From the NCBI GenBank assembly GCA_965112735.1, contig CBCOSG010000002.1, positions 1 through 64,000 of the forward strand: a stretch of DNA of 64,000 nucleotides, in the 5' to 3' direction. Below the pieces are notes generated by a model that was given only the letters and a program-made list of their open reading frames with translations, was not told where the DNA came from and did not search any database. The position numbers and the translations under genes were made by a program. Positions 46,739 to 59,511 of this stretch are shown here, in pieces. The DNA is from Phaeosaccion multiseriatum. Lineage: Eukaryota > Protista > Ochrophyta, other classes. The first letter of the stretch is position 1; every line of letters starts with the position of its first letter.

Positions 46739-46987
46739 TTACGTTATTAGTTTAGTCAGAATTGTTTTTACTTGCCATCTTTTTCTTTTACTTAAAGGTC
46801 GACTTTGTTGTAATATAACTTTATCTCCTATACTACATTCATTTAACTCATCGTGGGCCATATATTTTTTTGTTCGAAGGATTGTTTTTTTATAAAAAGG
46901 GTGATGATAGTGATAATCAATTGCAACTATAACACTTTTATTCATTTTATTACTAATAATAATACCTGTTTGTTCTTTTTGGGCCAT
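46739..46987 (-). CDS. rps17: 30S ribosomal protein S17
   Basis: [17 protein letters not shown]. Confidence 0.96.
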   Translation of the reverse strand: MAQKEQTGIIISNKMNKSVIVAIDYHYHHPFYKKTILRTKKYMAHDELNECSIGDKVILQQSRPLSKRKRWQVKTILTKLIT

Positions 46988-46990
46988 AAT

Positions 46991-47206
46991 TTATTTTTTT
47001 AAACTATTTTTGGATGTTTGTTGTGCTGCAACCATTAATACTTGGCGTAATCTATGGCGCGTATGTTTAAATAAATGAGATTTTAGTTCTTTACGCGTAC
47101 CTTTTTTAAATCTTAATTTAAACAACTGTTCTCTGACTAATAAAATTTCTTTCTGAAGTTCTATTAAATTTAAGTTCTCAACTTCTTTTATTTTTGGCAA
47201 ACTCAT
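46991..47206 (-). CDS. rpl29: 50S ribosomal protein L29
   Basis: LFKLRF, HLFKHTRHRL; position between rpl16 and rps17. Confidence 0.93.
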   Translation of the reverse strand: MSLPKIKEVENLNLIELQKEILLVREQLFKLRFKKGTRKELKSHLFKHTRHRLRQVLMVAAQQTSKNSLKK

Positions 47207-47224
47207 ATAAAATTATTTAGGTTC

Positions 47225-47632
47225 TTAATTTTTTACAATAAACTTTGTTTTAATTGGCAATTTATAAGCAGCGGTTAGCATTGCATTTTTAGCTAATTCT
47301 AATGAAACACCACTTAGTTCAAATAATATTTTACCAGGTTTAACTACAGCTACCCAATATTCAACTGAACCTTTTCCGGAACCCATTCTTGATTCAGCAG
47401 CTCGGGCTGTAACAGGTTTATCTGGAAAAACCATAATCCAAAGTTTTCCACCACGTTTTGTATATCTTGTTATTGTTCGGCGAGTTGCTTCAATTTGACG
47501 TGACGTTATCCAAGTTGGTTCTAATGCTTGAATAGCATAATCACCAAAATTTATTTTTGTCCCACGTGTTGCTTTTCCTCTTAAATTTCCTCGATGATGT
47601 TTCCTATATTTTGTTCTTTTTGGACTTAGCAT
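47225..47632 (-). CDS. rpl16: 50S ribosomal protein L16
   Basis: [18 protein letters not shown]. Confidence 0.98.
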   Translation of the reverse strand: MLSPKRTKYRKHHRGNLRGKATRGTKINFGDYAIQALEPTWITSRQIEATRRTITRYTKRGGKLWIMVFPDKPVTARAAESRMGSGKGSVEYWVAVVKPGKILFELSGVSLELAKNAMLTAAYKLPIKTKFIVKN

Positions 47633-47659
47633 ATTAATTTTTAAATAAATAAAATGTAT

Positions 47660-48346
47660 TTATGATCCTAGTTTTTTGATATTTAAAATTTCTCCTTTAA
47701 ATAACCATACCTTTACCCCTAAAATACCATATTTTGTTGGGGCTATTTTTTCAGTATAATCAATTTGTGCCCTTAAAGTCTGTAAAGGAATACGACCTTC
47801 TTTGCGCCACTCCGTTCTTGCAATTTCAGCACCATTTAGCCGTCCAGATATTTGTATTTTAATACCTTGAACACTAGGAGAAACATTTTTAATAATTAAT
47901 TTCATTGCTCTACGGAATGGGGTTTGTTTTGTTAATTCTTGGACTAACATATCGCCAACCATATTAGCTTCTACAAATTTCTCTTTTACCTCATTCACAA
48001 AAATTCTCAAACTAGGAATCTCTATAGTACTTTGTAATCGTTTATATAGCTCTTGTATACCACTCCCATTTCGACCAATAAATTTTCCGGGTGATGATAA
48101 TTCAATAGAAACAATAATTTCATCATCATTTGTTCTTACAATTAAAATTTTATTTAAACCTACCTTATCAAAACCTCGTTTTTCTAGGTCGAAATTTTTG
48201 AATTCTAAATAGTCTTGGGTTATTTTTCTGATTTTAAAATCTTCTTGAATTAATTTAGAGTAAACCGTTAGTTTTGAATACCAAGACGAATAGTGTTGTT
48301 GCGTTATTCCAAGTCTAAATCCTAATGGATGTGTTTTATGTCCCAC
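47660..48346 (-). CDS. rps3: 30S ribosomal protein S3 (GTG start)
   Basis: GHKTHPLGFRLG, SGRLNGAEIAR. Confidence 0.97.
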   Translation of the reverse strand: MGHKTHPLGFRLGITQQHYSSWYSKLTVYSKLIQEDFKIRKITQDYLEFKNFDLEKRGFDKVGLNKILIVRTNDDEIIVSIELSSPGKFIGRNGSGIQELYKRLQSTIEIPSLRIFVNEVKEKFVEANMVGDMLVQELTKQTPFRRAMKLIIKNVSPSVQGIKIQISGRLNGAEIARTEWRKEGRIPLQTLRAQIDYTEKIAPTKYGILGVKVWLFKGEILNIKKLGS

Positions 48347-48363
48347 AATATTTTTATATTAAA

Positions 48364-48714
48364 TTAATAATTTCTAGTATTCATAATTATTGTAATATGG
48401 CACGTTGGTCTACGAATTTGAAATCCTCTGCCTTTTGCACGTGGTCTTACACGACGTAAAATAGGGCCTTGGTCGGCAAAAGCTGTTTCAATTATTAAAT
48501 TTTGTTTTTTTAATGAAAAATTATTTTCAGCGTTTGAGGCCGCAGCAGTTAGAATTTGCCAAATTGGTGTACAAGCACGATATGGTAAAAATTCTAGTAT
48601 CATTAATGCTTCTTTATATGAGCGTCCTCTAATTTGATCTAATACACGGCGAACTTTCATTGGCGATATTCTTAAAAATCTACTGCTGGCTTTTACTTGT
48701 ATGTTGTTGTTCAT
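48364..48714 (-). CDS. rpl22: 50S ribosomal protein L22
   Basis: [20 protein letters not shown]. Confidence 0.97.
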   Translation of the reverse strand: MNNNIQVKASSRFLRISPMKVRRVLDQIRGRSYKEALMILEFLPYRACTPIWQILTAAASNAENNFSLKKQNLIIETAFADQGPILRRVRPRAKGRGFQIRRPTCHITIIMNTRNY

Positions 48715-48726
48715 ATATTTTTAATA

Positions 48727-49017
48727 CTATCGTTTAGTTTTTCTGTCATTTTTAATATGGGAACGAAAATTTCTTGTGGGAATAAATTCCCCTAATTTAT
48801 GTCCTATAATTTGTTCTGAGATAAAAAGAGGTACATGTTTCTTTCCGTTATATACAGCAATTGTATGTCCAATCATATTTGGCATAATAACAGACGAGCG
48901 TGACCAAGTTTTAATCACTTCTCTTTTTTTATTTTTTTCTGTATTTTTATTTAGTTTTTCAATTTTTTGTAGAAGATGGTAAGCTATAAAAGGTCCCTTT
49001 TTTTGTGATCTAACCAT
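48727..49017 (-). CDS. rps19: 30S ribosomal protein S19
   Basis: KTWSRSS, GHKLGEF. Confidence 0.98.
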   Translation of the reverse strand: MVRSQKKGPFIAYHLLQKIEKLNKNTEKNKKREVIKTWSRSSVIMPNMIGHTIAVYNGKKHVPLFISEQIIGHKLGEFIPTRNFRSHIKNDRKTKR

Positions 49018-49031
49018 AATTTATTTAATTT

Positions 49032-49859
49032 TTATTTTCTTTTTCGAAGGATATAAATATCACTATATTTATTTTTTTTACGAGTTCGAACTCCTAAAGC
49101 AGCTTTACCCCAAGGTGTATAAGGTTTTGTTCGACCAATCGGAGCACGTCCTTCTCCGCCACCATGAGGGTGGTCACACGCATTCATAACAGAACCACGT
49201 ACAGTGGGACGAATACCTAACCACCTCTTTCTTCCAGCTTTACCTAATCTAACACTAGCAATTTCTCGGTTGCCTACTACTCCAATAGTAGCAGAGCATG
49301 TATTTCGAATTAATCGAATTTCTTTAGAAGGAAGCCGTAATGTAACATAATTTCCATCTTTAGCTAAAATTCGTGCTGAAGTTCCAGCTGCTCTGACAAT
49401 TTGACCACCTTTATTTGGAAAAAGTTCAATATTATGGATGTTTATTCCTAATGGTATATTTTTTAATGGTAAATTATTTCCAGTTTTAATAGGCGAGGAT
49501 GGTCCTGATTCAATAAAATCATTTATTTTTAAAGATTCCGGACAAATAATATAACGTTTTACCCCATCCCGGTATTTAACCAAAGCAATACGAGCATTTC
49601 GATTAGGATCATATTCAATTGATACTATTTGTCCCGTAATATTATATTTGTCTCGTTTAAAGTCAATAACCCTATAACGTTTTTTATGTCCGCCACCTTT
49701 ATGGCGGGAAGTAATAACACCTCTATTATTTCGACCTCTTGAACGTTGATTTTTTTTTAATAGTTTTTTTTCCGGATTTATTTTAGTAAGTTCAGTAAAC
49801 GTTAACTTCCTACGATTTCTAGTTCCTGAAGTCGAAGGTTTACATATACAAATTGCCAT
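49032..49859 (-). CDS. rpl2: 50S ribosomal protein L2
   Basis: [17 protein letters not shown]. Confidence 0.98.
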   Translation of the reverse strand: MAICICKPSTSGTRNRRKLTFTELTKINPEKKLLKKNQRSRGRNNRGVITSRHKGGGHKKRYRVIDFKRDKYNITGQIVSIEYDPNRNARIALVKYRDGVKRYIICPESLKINDFIESGPSSPIKTGNNLPLKNIPLGINIHNIELFPNKGGQIVRAAGTSARILAKDGNYVTLRLPSKEIRLIRNTCSATIGVVGNREIASVRLGKAGRKRWLGIRPTVRGSVMNACDHPHGGGEGRAPIGRTKPYTPWGKAALGVRTRKKNKYSDIYILRKRK

Positions 49860-49890
49860 AACTTTTAATTTTGCCTTTTAAAAAAATAAA

Positions 49891-50187
49891 TTAGTTGTCA
49901 AATAAATTAATAATATTTCCTTTAGCTAATTTGACAATAGCTTTTTTATATCTAGGTTTTACTCCGTAAAAACCATTTCGAGGAGCTTTTTTTTCAGGTA
50001 AACGACATGTATTAATTTTTATAACTTTTACCTGGAATAAAAATTCAATTGTCTGCTTTATGATTGGTTTGGTTGTTTTTGGATCAACTATAAATGTATA
50101 TTGATTATTTTCAACTAGTTGAATAGCTTTTTGAGTTATCAATGGGTACTTTATTGATTCAATCTGTAAATATTTTCTTATTTTCAT
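49891..50187 (-). CDS. rpl23: 50S ribosomal protein L23
   Basis: NQYTFIVD, YKKAIVKL. Confidence 0.95.
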   Translation of the reverse strand: MKIRKYLQIESIKYPLITQKAIQLVENNQYTFIVDPKTTKPIIKQTIEFLFQVKVIKINTCRLPEKKAPRNGFYGVKPRYKKAIVKLAKGNIINLFDN

Positions 50188-50188
50188 A

Positions 50189-50845
50189 TCAATTATTGTA
50201 TAATTCTTGAATTGTTTTTAAACTGCTTAACATAATTATTAATTGTTTAGATAATACTAAATCTTTTATATTTAATTTATCCGAAGGAATTAGTGTTATA
50301 TTTTTTAAATTTTTTGTGGCTATACGCATATTACTAGTATCGTAGTCTTTTGGCAGAATAATTCCAATCTTATTAGATAAATTGATTTTTAAATCTAATG
50401 TTCGAATCATATTTAAAAAATCTTTTGTTTTTTTTGTTGGAAGAACAAAATCTTCAACTAATTGAATTTGGTTTTGTTTCTTAAATAAAGTTAATCTTAA
50501 AGCCAATCTTAGTTCTTTCCGGTTTAATTTACAATTATATTTTCTAGGTTTTGGACCAAAAGAAACTCCACCACCGTTCCAAAGAGGAGATCGAGTTGAC
50601 CCAGCTCTAGCCTGGCCCGTTCCTTTCTGCTTCCAAGGTTTACGGCCCCCACCTCTAACCTCTGATCTAGTCTTTGAACTTGCTGTACCTTGTCTTTGGT
50701 TTTTTAATTGATTTTGAAATGCACGATGAATTATATAATTTGTTGTATTATCAGAGGTGTCTTTTGCATAATTTGCTTTAATTTGTAAAGCTAAATTTAA
50801 CTTTTCCCCGTTTTCTTTTCTAATCTCAAGGTCTGTTTTTATCAT
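50189..50845 (-). CDS. rpl4: 50S ribosomal protein L4
   Basis: [20 protein letters not shown]. Confidence 0.97.
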   Translation of the reverse strand: MIKTDLEIRKENGEKLNLALQIKANYAKDTSDNTTNYIIHRAFQNQLKNQRQGTASSKTRSEVRGGGRKPWKQKGTGQARAGSTRSPLWNGGGVSFGPKPRKYNCKLNRKELRLALRLTLFKKQNQIQLVEDFVLPTKKTKDFLNMIRTLDLKINLSNKIGIILPKDYDTSNMRIATKNLKNITLIPSDKLNIKDLVLSKQLIIMLSSLKTIQELYNN

Positions 50846-51468
50846 AATTTCGATGAAATAATATTAATTAAATTACCCGGTTTTCCTGGAATACTTCCTT
50901 TAATAATTAAAAGGTTTTGTTTATGGTTAATACCTAAAATTTTTAATTTAGAAACGGTTGAATTGCTTCCTCCTAGGTGGCCGGCCATTTTTTTTCCAGG
51001 AAAAATACGTCCTGGTGTAGTACCTGCTCCAATTGAACCTGGAGCACGATGGTTCTTAGAACCGTGACTCATAGGACCTCGTTTAAAATTATGACGTTTT
51101 TGATTACCACTAAAGCCTTTACCTACACTTTTACCGGTTACATCAAGTAATTGACCCACCTTAAAATTTTCTATATTAAGGTGTTGACCTAAAGAAAAAT
51201 CTTCTGTGTTAGAAACACGATATTCCTTTAAAAAAGCAAGTGGAGGAGAATTTGTTTTTTTTAAATGTCCTAATTGAGCTTTAGTTAATTTCTTTTTATT
51301 TACCTCAGAATAGCCAATTTGAATTGCATCATAATTGTCCTTTGATTTAGTTTTTATTTGCGTAATAATGCAGGGTCCAACTTGAATCACGGTTACAGGA
51401 ATCGCTAATCCTTCCTCAGTAAAAATTTGAGTGATCCCGATTTTATTGCCAAATAGTCCAATAGACAC
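50842..51468 (-). CDS. rpl3: 50S ribosomal protein L3 (GTG start)
   Basis: [17 protein letters not shown]. Confidence 0.98.
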   Translation of the reverse strand: MSIGLFGNKIGITQIFTEEGLAIPVTVIQVGPCIITQIKTKSKDNYDAIQIGYSEVNKKKLTKAQLGHLKKTNSPPLAFLKEYRVSNTEDFSLGQHLNIENFKVGQLLDVTGKSVGKGFSGNQKRHNFKRGPMSHGSKNHRAPGSIGAGTTPGRIFPGKKMAGHLGGSNSTVSKLKILGINHKQNLLIIKGSIPGKPGNLINIISSKL

Positions 51469-51668
51469 AATTATTTATACCCCGCTTTTTACAATAAATT
51501 AAAATTTTATTTATCTTGTCTAATGAAATTTATAATTTTTACTATAAATCCAGTCTACTTTTTAATCTTAAATAGTAAGACGACTGTAACTTTGTTTGAC
51601 TTTTGATGTCCAGTGATAACAATTTACTGTAGTTAATAATAAAAAATATAAATAGGATGAAAAATGTA

Positions 51669-51697
51669 TTGACTAAAAAGGAAATTTATAATACATT
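51669..51697 (+). promoter_or_regulatory. Possible sigma70-type promoter of ycf39
   Basis: TTGACT-17 nt-TACATT, 27 nt before the ATG. Confidence 0.4.
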
Positions 51698-51724
51698 ATA
51701 TCTAACAATAAAAAAAATTATATT

Positions 51725-52729
51725 ATGACTCTACTAATTATAGGAGGTACTGGTACTTTAGGTAGACAACTAGTACGCAAAGCTTTAGCAAAAGGATTGA
51801 AAGTAAGATGTATAGTTAGAAATAAACAAAATGCAAATTATTTAGAGAAATGGGGGGCGGAATTAGTTTATGGTGACTTATCTTTACCTGAGACATTAGT
51901 TCTTTCTTTTCAAGGAGTTACATCGGTTATTGACGTCTCTACTACTCGTCCAGAAGATGAAAATAATATGTTTGATATTGATTGGCTAGGAAAATTAATT
52001 TTAATCGAGTTGGCAAAACGGGTTAATGTGAAGCATTTCATTTTTTTTTCAATTTTTAACGCCGAAAAATATTTATACATTTCGTTAATGAGAATGAAAG
52101 CTAATATTGAAAATGTTTTAAAAAATTCAGGCGTACCTTATACAATTTTTCAATGTGGTGGATTTTATCAAGCTTTAATTGATCAATATGCTATTCCTGT
52201 AATAGAACAAAAACCCATTTGGATAACAAAAGAAGCTACACCAGTTTCTTATATCGATACACAGGATGCAGCACTTTTTTGTCTTAAAAGTTTATCGATT
52301 GAAAAAACAAAAAATTGTACCTTTTTTCTAGGAGTTGAAAATTCTTGGCTTTCACAAAATATAATTACTTTATGTGAACAACTTTCTGGTCAAAAAGCTG
52401 TAATTCAATTTGTTCCTTTATTTGTTGTAAGACTTGTTAGACAGATTACAGGTTTTTTTAGTTGGAGTTCAAAAATTAGCGATCGTTTAGCTTTTATTGA
52501 AGTTTTAATCGATAATGCTAAATTTGTTTCTTCAGTTTCTATATTGTATAAAACTTTTGATATCAAATCAGATGAATTACTACCATTAGAAGAATATCTT
52601 AGACAATATTTTGAATTAATTGTAGTTACTTTAGAGAAATTTCATGTAGGTAAAAATATGACACCAAAAGATCTGGTTAAGATGCGTATTCCAGAAGATT
52701 CCCGTATGGATTATAAAATTAAATTTTAG
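51725..52729 (+). CDS. ycf39: Ycf39 (atypical SDR, PSII assembly factor)
   Basis: MTLLIIGGTGTLGRQ Rossmann start, WGAELVYGDLSLPET, YIDTQDAA. Confidence 0.95.
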   Translation: MTLLIIGGTGTLGRQLVRKALAKGLKVRCIVRNKQNANYLEKWGAELVYGDLSLPETLVLSFQGVTSVIDVSTTRPEDENNMFDIDWLGKLILIELAKRVNVKHFIFFSIFNAEKYLYISLMRMKANIENVLKNSGVPYTIFQCGGFYQALIDQYAIPVIEQKPIWITKEATPVSYIDTQDAALFCLKSLSIEKTKNCTFFLGVENSWLSQNIITLCEQLSGQKAVIQFVPLFVVRLVRQITGFFSWSSKISDRLAFIEVLIDNAKFVSSVSILYKTFDIKSDELLPLEEYLRQYFELIVVTLEKFHVGKNMTPKDLVKMRIPEDSRMDYKIKF

Positions 52730-52946
52730 ATTCAAAAATACTTATAACTTTAGCTTAAACTAAACTTGTGAGTACAAAACATTAAAGAATCTTGTAGAAT
52801 AAAATCTAATTATAAAATTTTATAATGAAATTGATTATCCAAAAATTAATTTGTAAAACTCTAATACTTAATTAAGTATTAGAATCTAGTAAACTAACTA
52901 AATTATGTAAGAAAAAATTTCTAACACTATATTTTTTTAGATTTAT

Positions 52947-53342
52947 TTATTTTATAGCTACTTTACCACCAGCTGCTTCTAATTGTTTTTTTAAATCATC
53001 CGCTGTTTCTTTTGGAACACCTTCTTTTAAAGTTTTAGGGGCGCTTTCTACTAAATCTTTAGCTTCTTTTAAACCTAATCCTGTTACTGTACGTACTACT
53101 TTTAAAATAGCAATTTTCTTATCCGCCGGTACTTCTTCAAGTATTATATCAAATTCTGTTTTTTCATCTGAAGCCGCTTTATCTCCAGCTCCATCTGCAC
53201 CCGAATTCATGACCATCATGCCCCCACTAACTGAGGATGCATCAACATTAAAAGTTTCTTCAATTTTTTCAACTAATTGAGATGCTTCTAATAACGTTAA
53301 TTCTTTTAAACTCTCAATTATAGGACTAAGTTTTTCACTCAT
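52947..53342 (-). CDS. rpl12: 50S ribosomal protein L12
   Basis: [19 protein letters not shown]. Confidence 0.98.
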   Translation of the reverse strand: MSEKLSPIIESLKELTLLEASQLVEKIEETFNVDASSVSGGMMVMNSGADGAGDKAASDEKTEFDIILEEVPADKKIAILKVVRTVTGLGLKEAKDLVESAPKTLKEGVPKETADDLKKQLEAAGGKVAIK

Positions 53343-53391
53343 ATTTTTTGTTGGTTAAGTTTTTCTCTTTTAATAAACTAAACTTTAAAAA

Positions 53392-54096
53392 TTATTCCAA
53401 AACTAAATTTTTAAATTCACTAATATCTAAACGAATAGATGGTCCCATTGTATTACAAATATGAAAGTTTTTAAAATATTTACCTTTAACCCCAGTAGGT
53501 TTATTTTTTTCAATAGATTGGTATACAGAAATTAAATTTTCTAATAGATCTGTTTCTGTAAAATTTGTTTTACCAAAAGTTAAATGAACAATTCCTGTTC
53601 TATCTGCTCTATATTCAAGTTTACCTCGTTTAAATTCATTTAATGTTGTCATTATATCCGTTGTAACTGTTCCAGCCTTTGGCGAGGGCATTAAACCTTT
53701 AGGTCCTAATACTCTTCCTAACTTGGCAAGTTTTGGCATCATTTCGGGAGTAGATATTAGAATATCAAAATCAAATTTATCTTTTGTAATTAAATTTAAT
53801 AAATCATCTGACCCTACAATATCAGCTAGTTCTGAATATTGGGGTAAAATTTTAGTTTCTTGAACAAGAAGAGCAATTTTTTTAGTTTTTCCCGTTCCTT
53901 TGGGTAAAATTAAAGTACTTCTTAATTGTTGATCACTATACCTAGGGTTAATATTTAAGGTAATATGGGCCTCTACTGATTCAGTAAATTTAGCAGTAGC
54001 AGTTTCTTTAATAAGACTAATACTTTCTTGCGGTGAATATGATGATTTTACAATTTTTGCATTAAGATTATTTTTTCGTTGGGAAATTTTTGGCAT
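53392..54096 (-). CDS. rpl1: 50S ribosomal protein L1
   Basis: LGRVLGPKGLMPSPKAGTV. Confidence 0.98.
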   Translation of the reverse strand: MPKISQRKNNLNAKIVKSSYSPQESISLIKETATAKFTESVEAHITLNINPRYSDQQLRSTLILPKGTGKTKKIALLVQETKILPQYSELADIVGSDDLLNLITKDKFDFDILISTPEMMPKLAKLGRVLGPKGLMPSPKAGTVTTDIMTTLNEFKRGKLEYRADRTGIVHLTFGKTNFTETDLLENLISVYQSIEKNKPTGVKGKYFKNFHICNTMGPSIRLDISEFKNLVLE

Positions 54097-54133
54097 AATA
54101 ATTTTTCTTATTCTAATATATTATTTAAGTTAT

Positions 54134-54559
54134 TTATTCACTAATTGTAATACCCATATTTTTGGCAGTTCCTGCTACTATTTTAACAGCACTTTCTAAA
54201 CTAATTGTATTCAGATCAGGTAATTTAATTTTTGCAATATCTTCCAACTGTTCTTTAGTAATAGAAGCTACAATAATTTTATTAGGTTCAGAAGAACCTT
54301 TTTTAATTTTAGCGGCTTTAATTAATAGAACAGAAGCAGGAGGAGTTTTTAAGATAAAAGAATATGAACGATCTTCATAAACTGAAATTTCTACTGGGAT
54401 TATTAGATCTCCTTTATCAGCTGTCTTTTCATTATATTCTTTACAGAATGCTGCGATATTAACGCCATGTTGACTTAAGGCTGGCCCAACGGGAGGTGCT
54501 GGAATAGCTTTACCAGCTTTTAAAGCTAACTTGATAAGAGCAGAAATTTTTTTGGCCAT
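54134..54559 (-). CDS. rpl11: 50S ribosomal protein L11
   Basis: [16 protein letters not shown]. Confidence 0.98.
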   Translation of the reverse strand: MAKKISALIKLALKAGKAIPAPPVGPALSQHGVNIAAFCKEYNEKTADKGDLIIPVEISVYEDRSYSFILKTPPASVLLIKAAKIKKGSSEPNKIIVASITKEQLEDIAKIKLPDLNTISLESAVKIVAGTAKNMGITISE

Positions 54560-54664
54560 AGTTTGTTTAGTATTTAATTTAATAAAATTATTCTATATTT
54601 AAAATCCTACCTATAGGTATACCTTAAAATTGTTTTGTTTACTAGAGATAAAATTATTCAATAT

Positions 54665-54737
54665 CACGCCTTGAAGGACTTGAACCCTCGACATTAGGTT
54701 TTGGAGACCTACGTTCTACCAACTGAACTAAAGACGC
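54665..54737 (-). tRNA. trnW: tRNA-Trp(CCA)
   Basis: Cloverleaf with CT CCA AA anticodon loop. Confidence 0.95.
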
Positions 54738-54759
54738 GCACACTAGAAGTTAGTACAAA

Positions 54760-54849
54760 GTTTAGACCTGCTTACAAATAATTGCAAAAATGTGCTGCTT
54801 TTTATTAAAACCTGACACGTTGTATTTACATTTTTGTACAGATCTAAAC
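54760..54849 (-). ncRNA. ffs: Plastid signal recognition particle RNA (4.5S)
   Basis: ~90-nt rod closed by gtttagatctg/caggtctaaac, with helix-8 signature GTCAGG-ttttaataaaa-AGCAGC. Confidence 0.75.
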
Positions 54850-54895
54850 CGTATTTTATTATAAACAAAAAGTTGATTAAATGTCAATATTATAT

Positions 54896-55024
54896 TTAAA
54901 AACTTGGAAAAGTTAAAGCGTCGGGATAAAAACGATTCACTTCAATTATAAATCCTGCTGTAAAAGTCATCCATGCAGCTAATAAAACGGGTGCCATGGT
55001 AAGATATTTTAAAAAATTACTCAT
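54896..55024 (-). CDS. psaJ: Photosystem I subunit IX
   Basis: Hand-translated [42 protein letters not shown]. Confidence 0.97.
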   Translation of the reverse strand: MSNFLKYLTMAPVLLAAWMTFTAGFIIEVNRFYPDALTFPSF

Positions 55025-55096
55025 TTAAATCAATTCCTTAAATATTTATTTATTGTTAAATGAAGATAAATATGGAAATTTAGAATACTTAAAATT

Positions 55097-55654
55097 CTAT
55101 CTAGGAGAAATAGTAATTTCAGAAGAATCTGCTAATAAATCACCAGTAATGTACTCTTTCCAAGCAGAAACTGGCCAAATAAATCCACTAGACATAATTG
55201 TCAATGCTAATGGAACATCAATAAGAATTTCTTGTTGTGTAGGATTTGCAGTAGTACTAACCGTACGTATATATTTTCGTCCAACCCAACCAATCCAGCC
55301 AGTAATATAAAGAAATACAATTCCAGGAATTAAAAATTCTGCAGCATGACTCCATCTTCCATCTGTAATTAAATGGGGCAATCCATCTTTACCACAAAGT
55401 AATCCTGAGTGTGAATACCGATCAAATCTTACTTTAGTACGTTCAATTTGTTGTTCTAAAGCTAATGCCGGTGGAGAATTAGGTTCATATTTTTTTACTC
55501 GTCCTTCCAGTTTTTTAATACTAGTATTTAACCGTTTAGAAAATACAGTTGATTCATTACAAGGTGTCAAATTTGCTACATCTGCGAATACAAAATTTGG
55601 CATGGTAATGCAACAAGTAAAAAAAACAAAACAAAATTTCTTAAAAATCGTCAT
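55097..55654 (-). CDS. psaF: Photosystem I subunit III
   Basis: [24 protein letters not shown]. Confidence 0.98.
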   Translation of the reverse strand: MTIFKKFCFVFFTCCITMPNFVFADVANLTPCNESTVFSKRLNTSIKKLEGRVKKYEPNSPPALALEQQIERTKVRFDRYSHSGLLCGKDGLPHLITDGRWSHAAEFLIPGIVFLYITGWIGWVGRKYIRTVSTTANPTQQEILIDVPLALTIMSSGFIWPVSAWKEYITGDLLADSSEITISPR

Positions 55655-55776
55655 TTCTCTAATTTTTTTTTTATATTAGGTTTAATAAAAAGCGCCGTAA
55701 AATAAATGTATTAAATTTTATTTTTCGTTTAATCCAAAACTATTTTACTTATTTATTCTATTAAGAAAAAGTAATT

Positions 55777-56736
55777 TTAGAAATTTAACTCGGCAGCTTG
55801 AACTTTTTCAAACTGTTTTTTCTTAATTACTAAGAATATTTGTGTTAGTAAAACTAATAAAGTAAAAATCATATAACCAATAATTCGATTTGGACTTTGT
55901 AAAACAATCTCTGTCTCGGTTTGACCAAATCCTCCAACATTAGGATCTTTTGTTAATGGTTGATCAACTTGAATAACATCTTTTTCTTTTATAATTAATG
56001 ATAAACCATTTGGAACAGTTTGGTTAACTTCATTTCCATCATTTGTTAACACTGTTAAATTCATACCGCCTTTATCTAAAGGACTAATTTGTTTGATTTG
56101 ACCACTAACTGTAGATATGATAGAATTATTATTACTTTTTTCACCAGTTGGATAAATTTGTCCTCTACCTCTATTTGCTCCCACATAAATAGGGTATTTA
56201 ACAAAATTAATTTTTTTATTTGTAGCCGGATCCGGAGAAAGAACAGGAAATATAATTTCTTGATGTTGATCACCAGAAATTGGGCCAACTACTAAAATAT
56301 TATCTTGTGTTGAACTATAAGGCGCTATATAAACACCTTTACTTTTATCTTTAATTTCTTGAGAAATTCTATCTTTTGGAGCTAGTTTAAAACCTTCAGG
56401 CAAAATAACAACAGCACCAACATTTAAGGGTCCTAATGTACCATTTCCTTGAATTTGCTTAACATCTTTATTATAAGGAATTTTAACCATAGTTTCAAAA
56501 ACTTGGTCGGGTAAGATTGCTTGCGGAGCTTCAATTTCAACAGGTTTCTGTGCAAGATGACAATTAGCACAAGCAATTCTACCATTCGCTGCACGTGGAT
56601 TAGTGTAGGCTTGTTGTGCATAAACGGGGTATGCATCAGATTTTTCAATTGAAAAATTAAAAGTTAAACATAAAAAGCTCAATAAAATAACAGAAATTTC
56701 AACAATTTTATTTAACTTAAATTTAGAGTTCTTCAT
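55777..56736 (-). CDS. petA: Apocytochrome f
   Basis: YPVYAQQ, CANCH heme motif, KKKQFEKVQAAE. Confidence 0.98.
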   Translation of the reverse strand: MKNSKFKLNKIVEISVILLSFLCLTFNFSIEKSDAYPVYAQQAYTNPRAANGRIACANCHLAQKPVEIEAPQAILPDQVFETMVKIPYNKDVKQIQGNGTLGPLNVGAVVILPEGFKLAPKDRISQEIKDKSKGVYIAPYSSTQDNILVVGPISGDQHQEIIFPVLSPDPATNKKINFVKYPIYVGANRGRGQIYPTGEKSNNNSIISTVSGQIKQISPLDKGGMNLTVLTNDGNEVNQTVPNGLSLIIKEKDVIQVDQPLTKDPNVGGFGQTETEIVLQSPNRIIGYMIFTLLVLLTQIFLVIKKKQFEKVQAAELNF

Positions 56737-56796
56737 TCAAAACTTTTAGTACCATATAAAATTTTCAATATAGTTTTATAGAAAGGATATTTTTGA

Positions 56797-57569
56797 TTAG
56801 GTGCTTCGGTTTTTAACAATAGCTAAGGATACGATGCAACCACTTAGATATAATAAAAACAATGCTCCCGCAAGTAATAATTGGGTAAAAGGGTCAGCAG
56901 AAGGGGTTAAAATTGCTCCTATAATAGTTGAGAAAATAATCATGTAACGCCAACCTTGTAACATTTTTCTAGGGTCTATTAATTGCGATAAACTAAAAAG
57001 AACTTGTAAAATTGGAACCTGAAAAACAATTCCAGTACTCAAAAATAAAACAGAAATAAAGTTAAAATACTGATTGAATGATAAAAGAGGCTCTAACACC
57101 GGAGAACTATAATCAATAAAAAATTGTAAAGCAGCTGGTGTTAAAATAAAATAAGAAAAAAGAAGTCCTAATATAAATAACAAAATTGAACTTATCAATA
57201 ATCCTAATACAAGTGTTTTCTCAGACTTATTTAATCCTGGAAGTAAAAAAAAATTAGTTGACTAAGAATAATAGGTAGACTAAAGAGTAAGCCACTATAA
57301 AATGCAATACTTAATGTTGAAACAAAATATTCACCAGGAGAAGATTGAAAAAATTTGACCCCTTTTATTGGTAATTCTAGCCACTTAACAATGTACTGCA
57401 CATTAATAAAAGATATCAGTATACTTAAAATTATTATGCCAAAAACTTGAATTAATCTCTGTCTTACTTCTTCAATATGCTCATCAAAAAATAATTCAAC
57501 CATATTATTATCTGAAACATTTGACTGTTTATTTTCAATAAGAAACTTGAAATAGTAATTGTAAAGCAT
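56797..57569 (-). CDS. tatC: Sec-independent translocase TatC, frameshift at A9 57245-57253
   Basis: EHIEEVRQR, SPGEYF, GIVFQVP, LTPSADPFTQ; one added base restores FLLPGL. Confidence 0.92.
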
Positions 57570-57587
57570 CTTGAAAATATGTTAAAT

Positions 57588-57998
57588 CTAATTTAAATAA
57601 TTAAATGCCAACACTCTAGCACTAGCACGTTTTAATTTTTGAATAGTTTCAAATTTTTCTTTTATAGTAATTGGCTTTGTTTCTGGATCTAAAGCTTCTT
57701 TTGTTAAAGAAGTTAAAATCTCATTAGCCTCATCTAAAGTAATTGTGATCTCTTCAACATCTCGAACAAGAACAGTTAATTCATTATTAGCGACAACGGC
57801 ACAACCTTCTGATAAAAGTATAGGTTTCCAAACTTCATCAATTTTAATTCTAAATAAACCCACTTCTATAGCTGTAACTAATGGTATATGACCAGGTAGT
57901 ATTCCTACTTGACCAGTTAATGTTGGTAAAATAGCCTGATCGGCCATTGTATCCCAGAGAATGCCATCTGTAGACATTAAAAGAATTTTTAAACTCAT
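57588..57998 (-). CDS. atpE: ATP synthase CF1 epsilon
   Basis: LPTLTGQVGILPGHIPL; follows atpB. Confidence 0.95.
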   Translation of the reverse strand: MSLKILLMSTDGILWDTMADQAILPTLTGQVGILPGHIPLVTAIEVGLFRIKIDEVWKPILLSEGCAVVANNELTVLVRDVEEITITLDEANEILTSLTKEALDPETKPITIKEKFETIQKLKRASARVLAFNYLN

Positions 57999-58025
57999 AA
58001 TAAATTTTGTAATTTTAATTTTATT

Positions 58026-59477
<1,452 letters not shown>

Positions 59478-59511
59478 TTATATATAAAAATTAATAGGGT
59501 TTCAAATTAAA

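Noticed and set aside
28541-57569. Genuine pseudogenes, introns, split genes or an alternative genetic code explaining broken rpoC1/secY/rps5/rps11/tatC
   Set aside because: Breaks are frame changes at homopolymers with conserved sequence on both sides; TGA is used as a normal stop and trnW has a CCA anticodon
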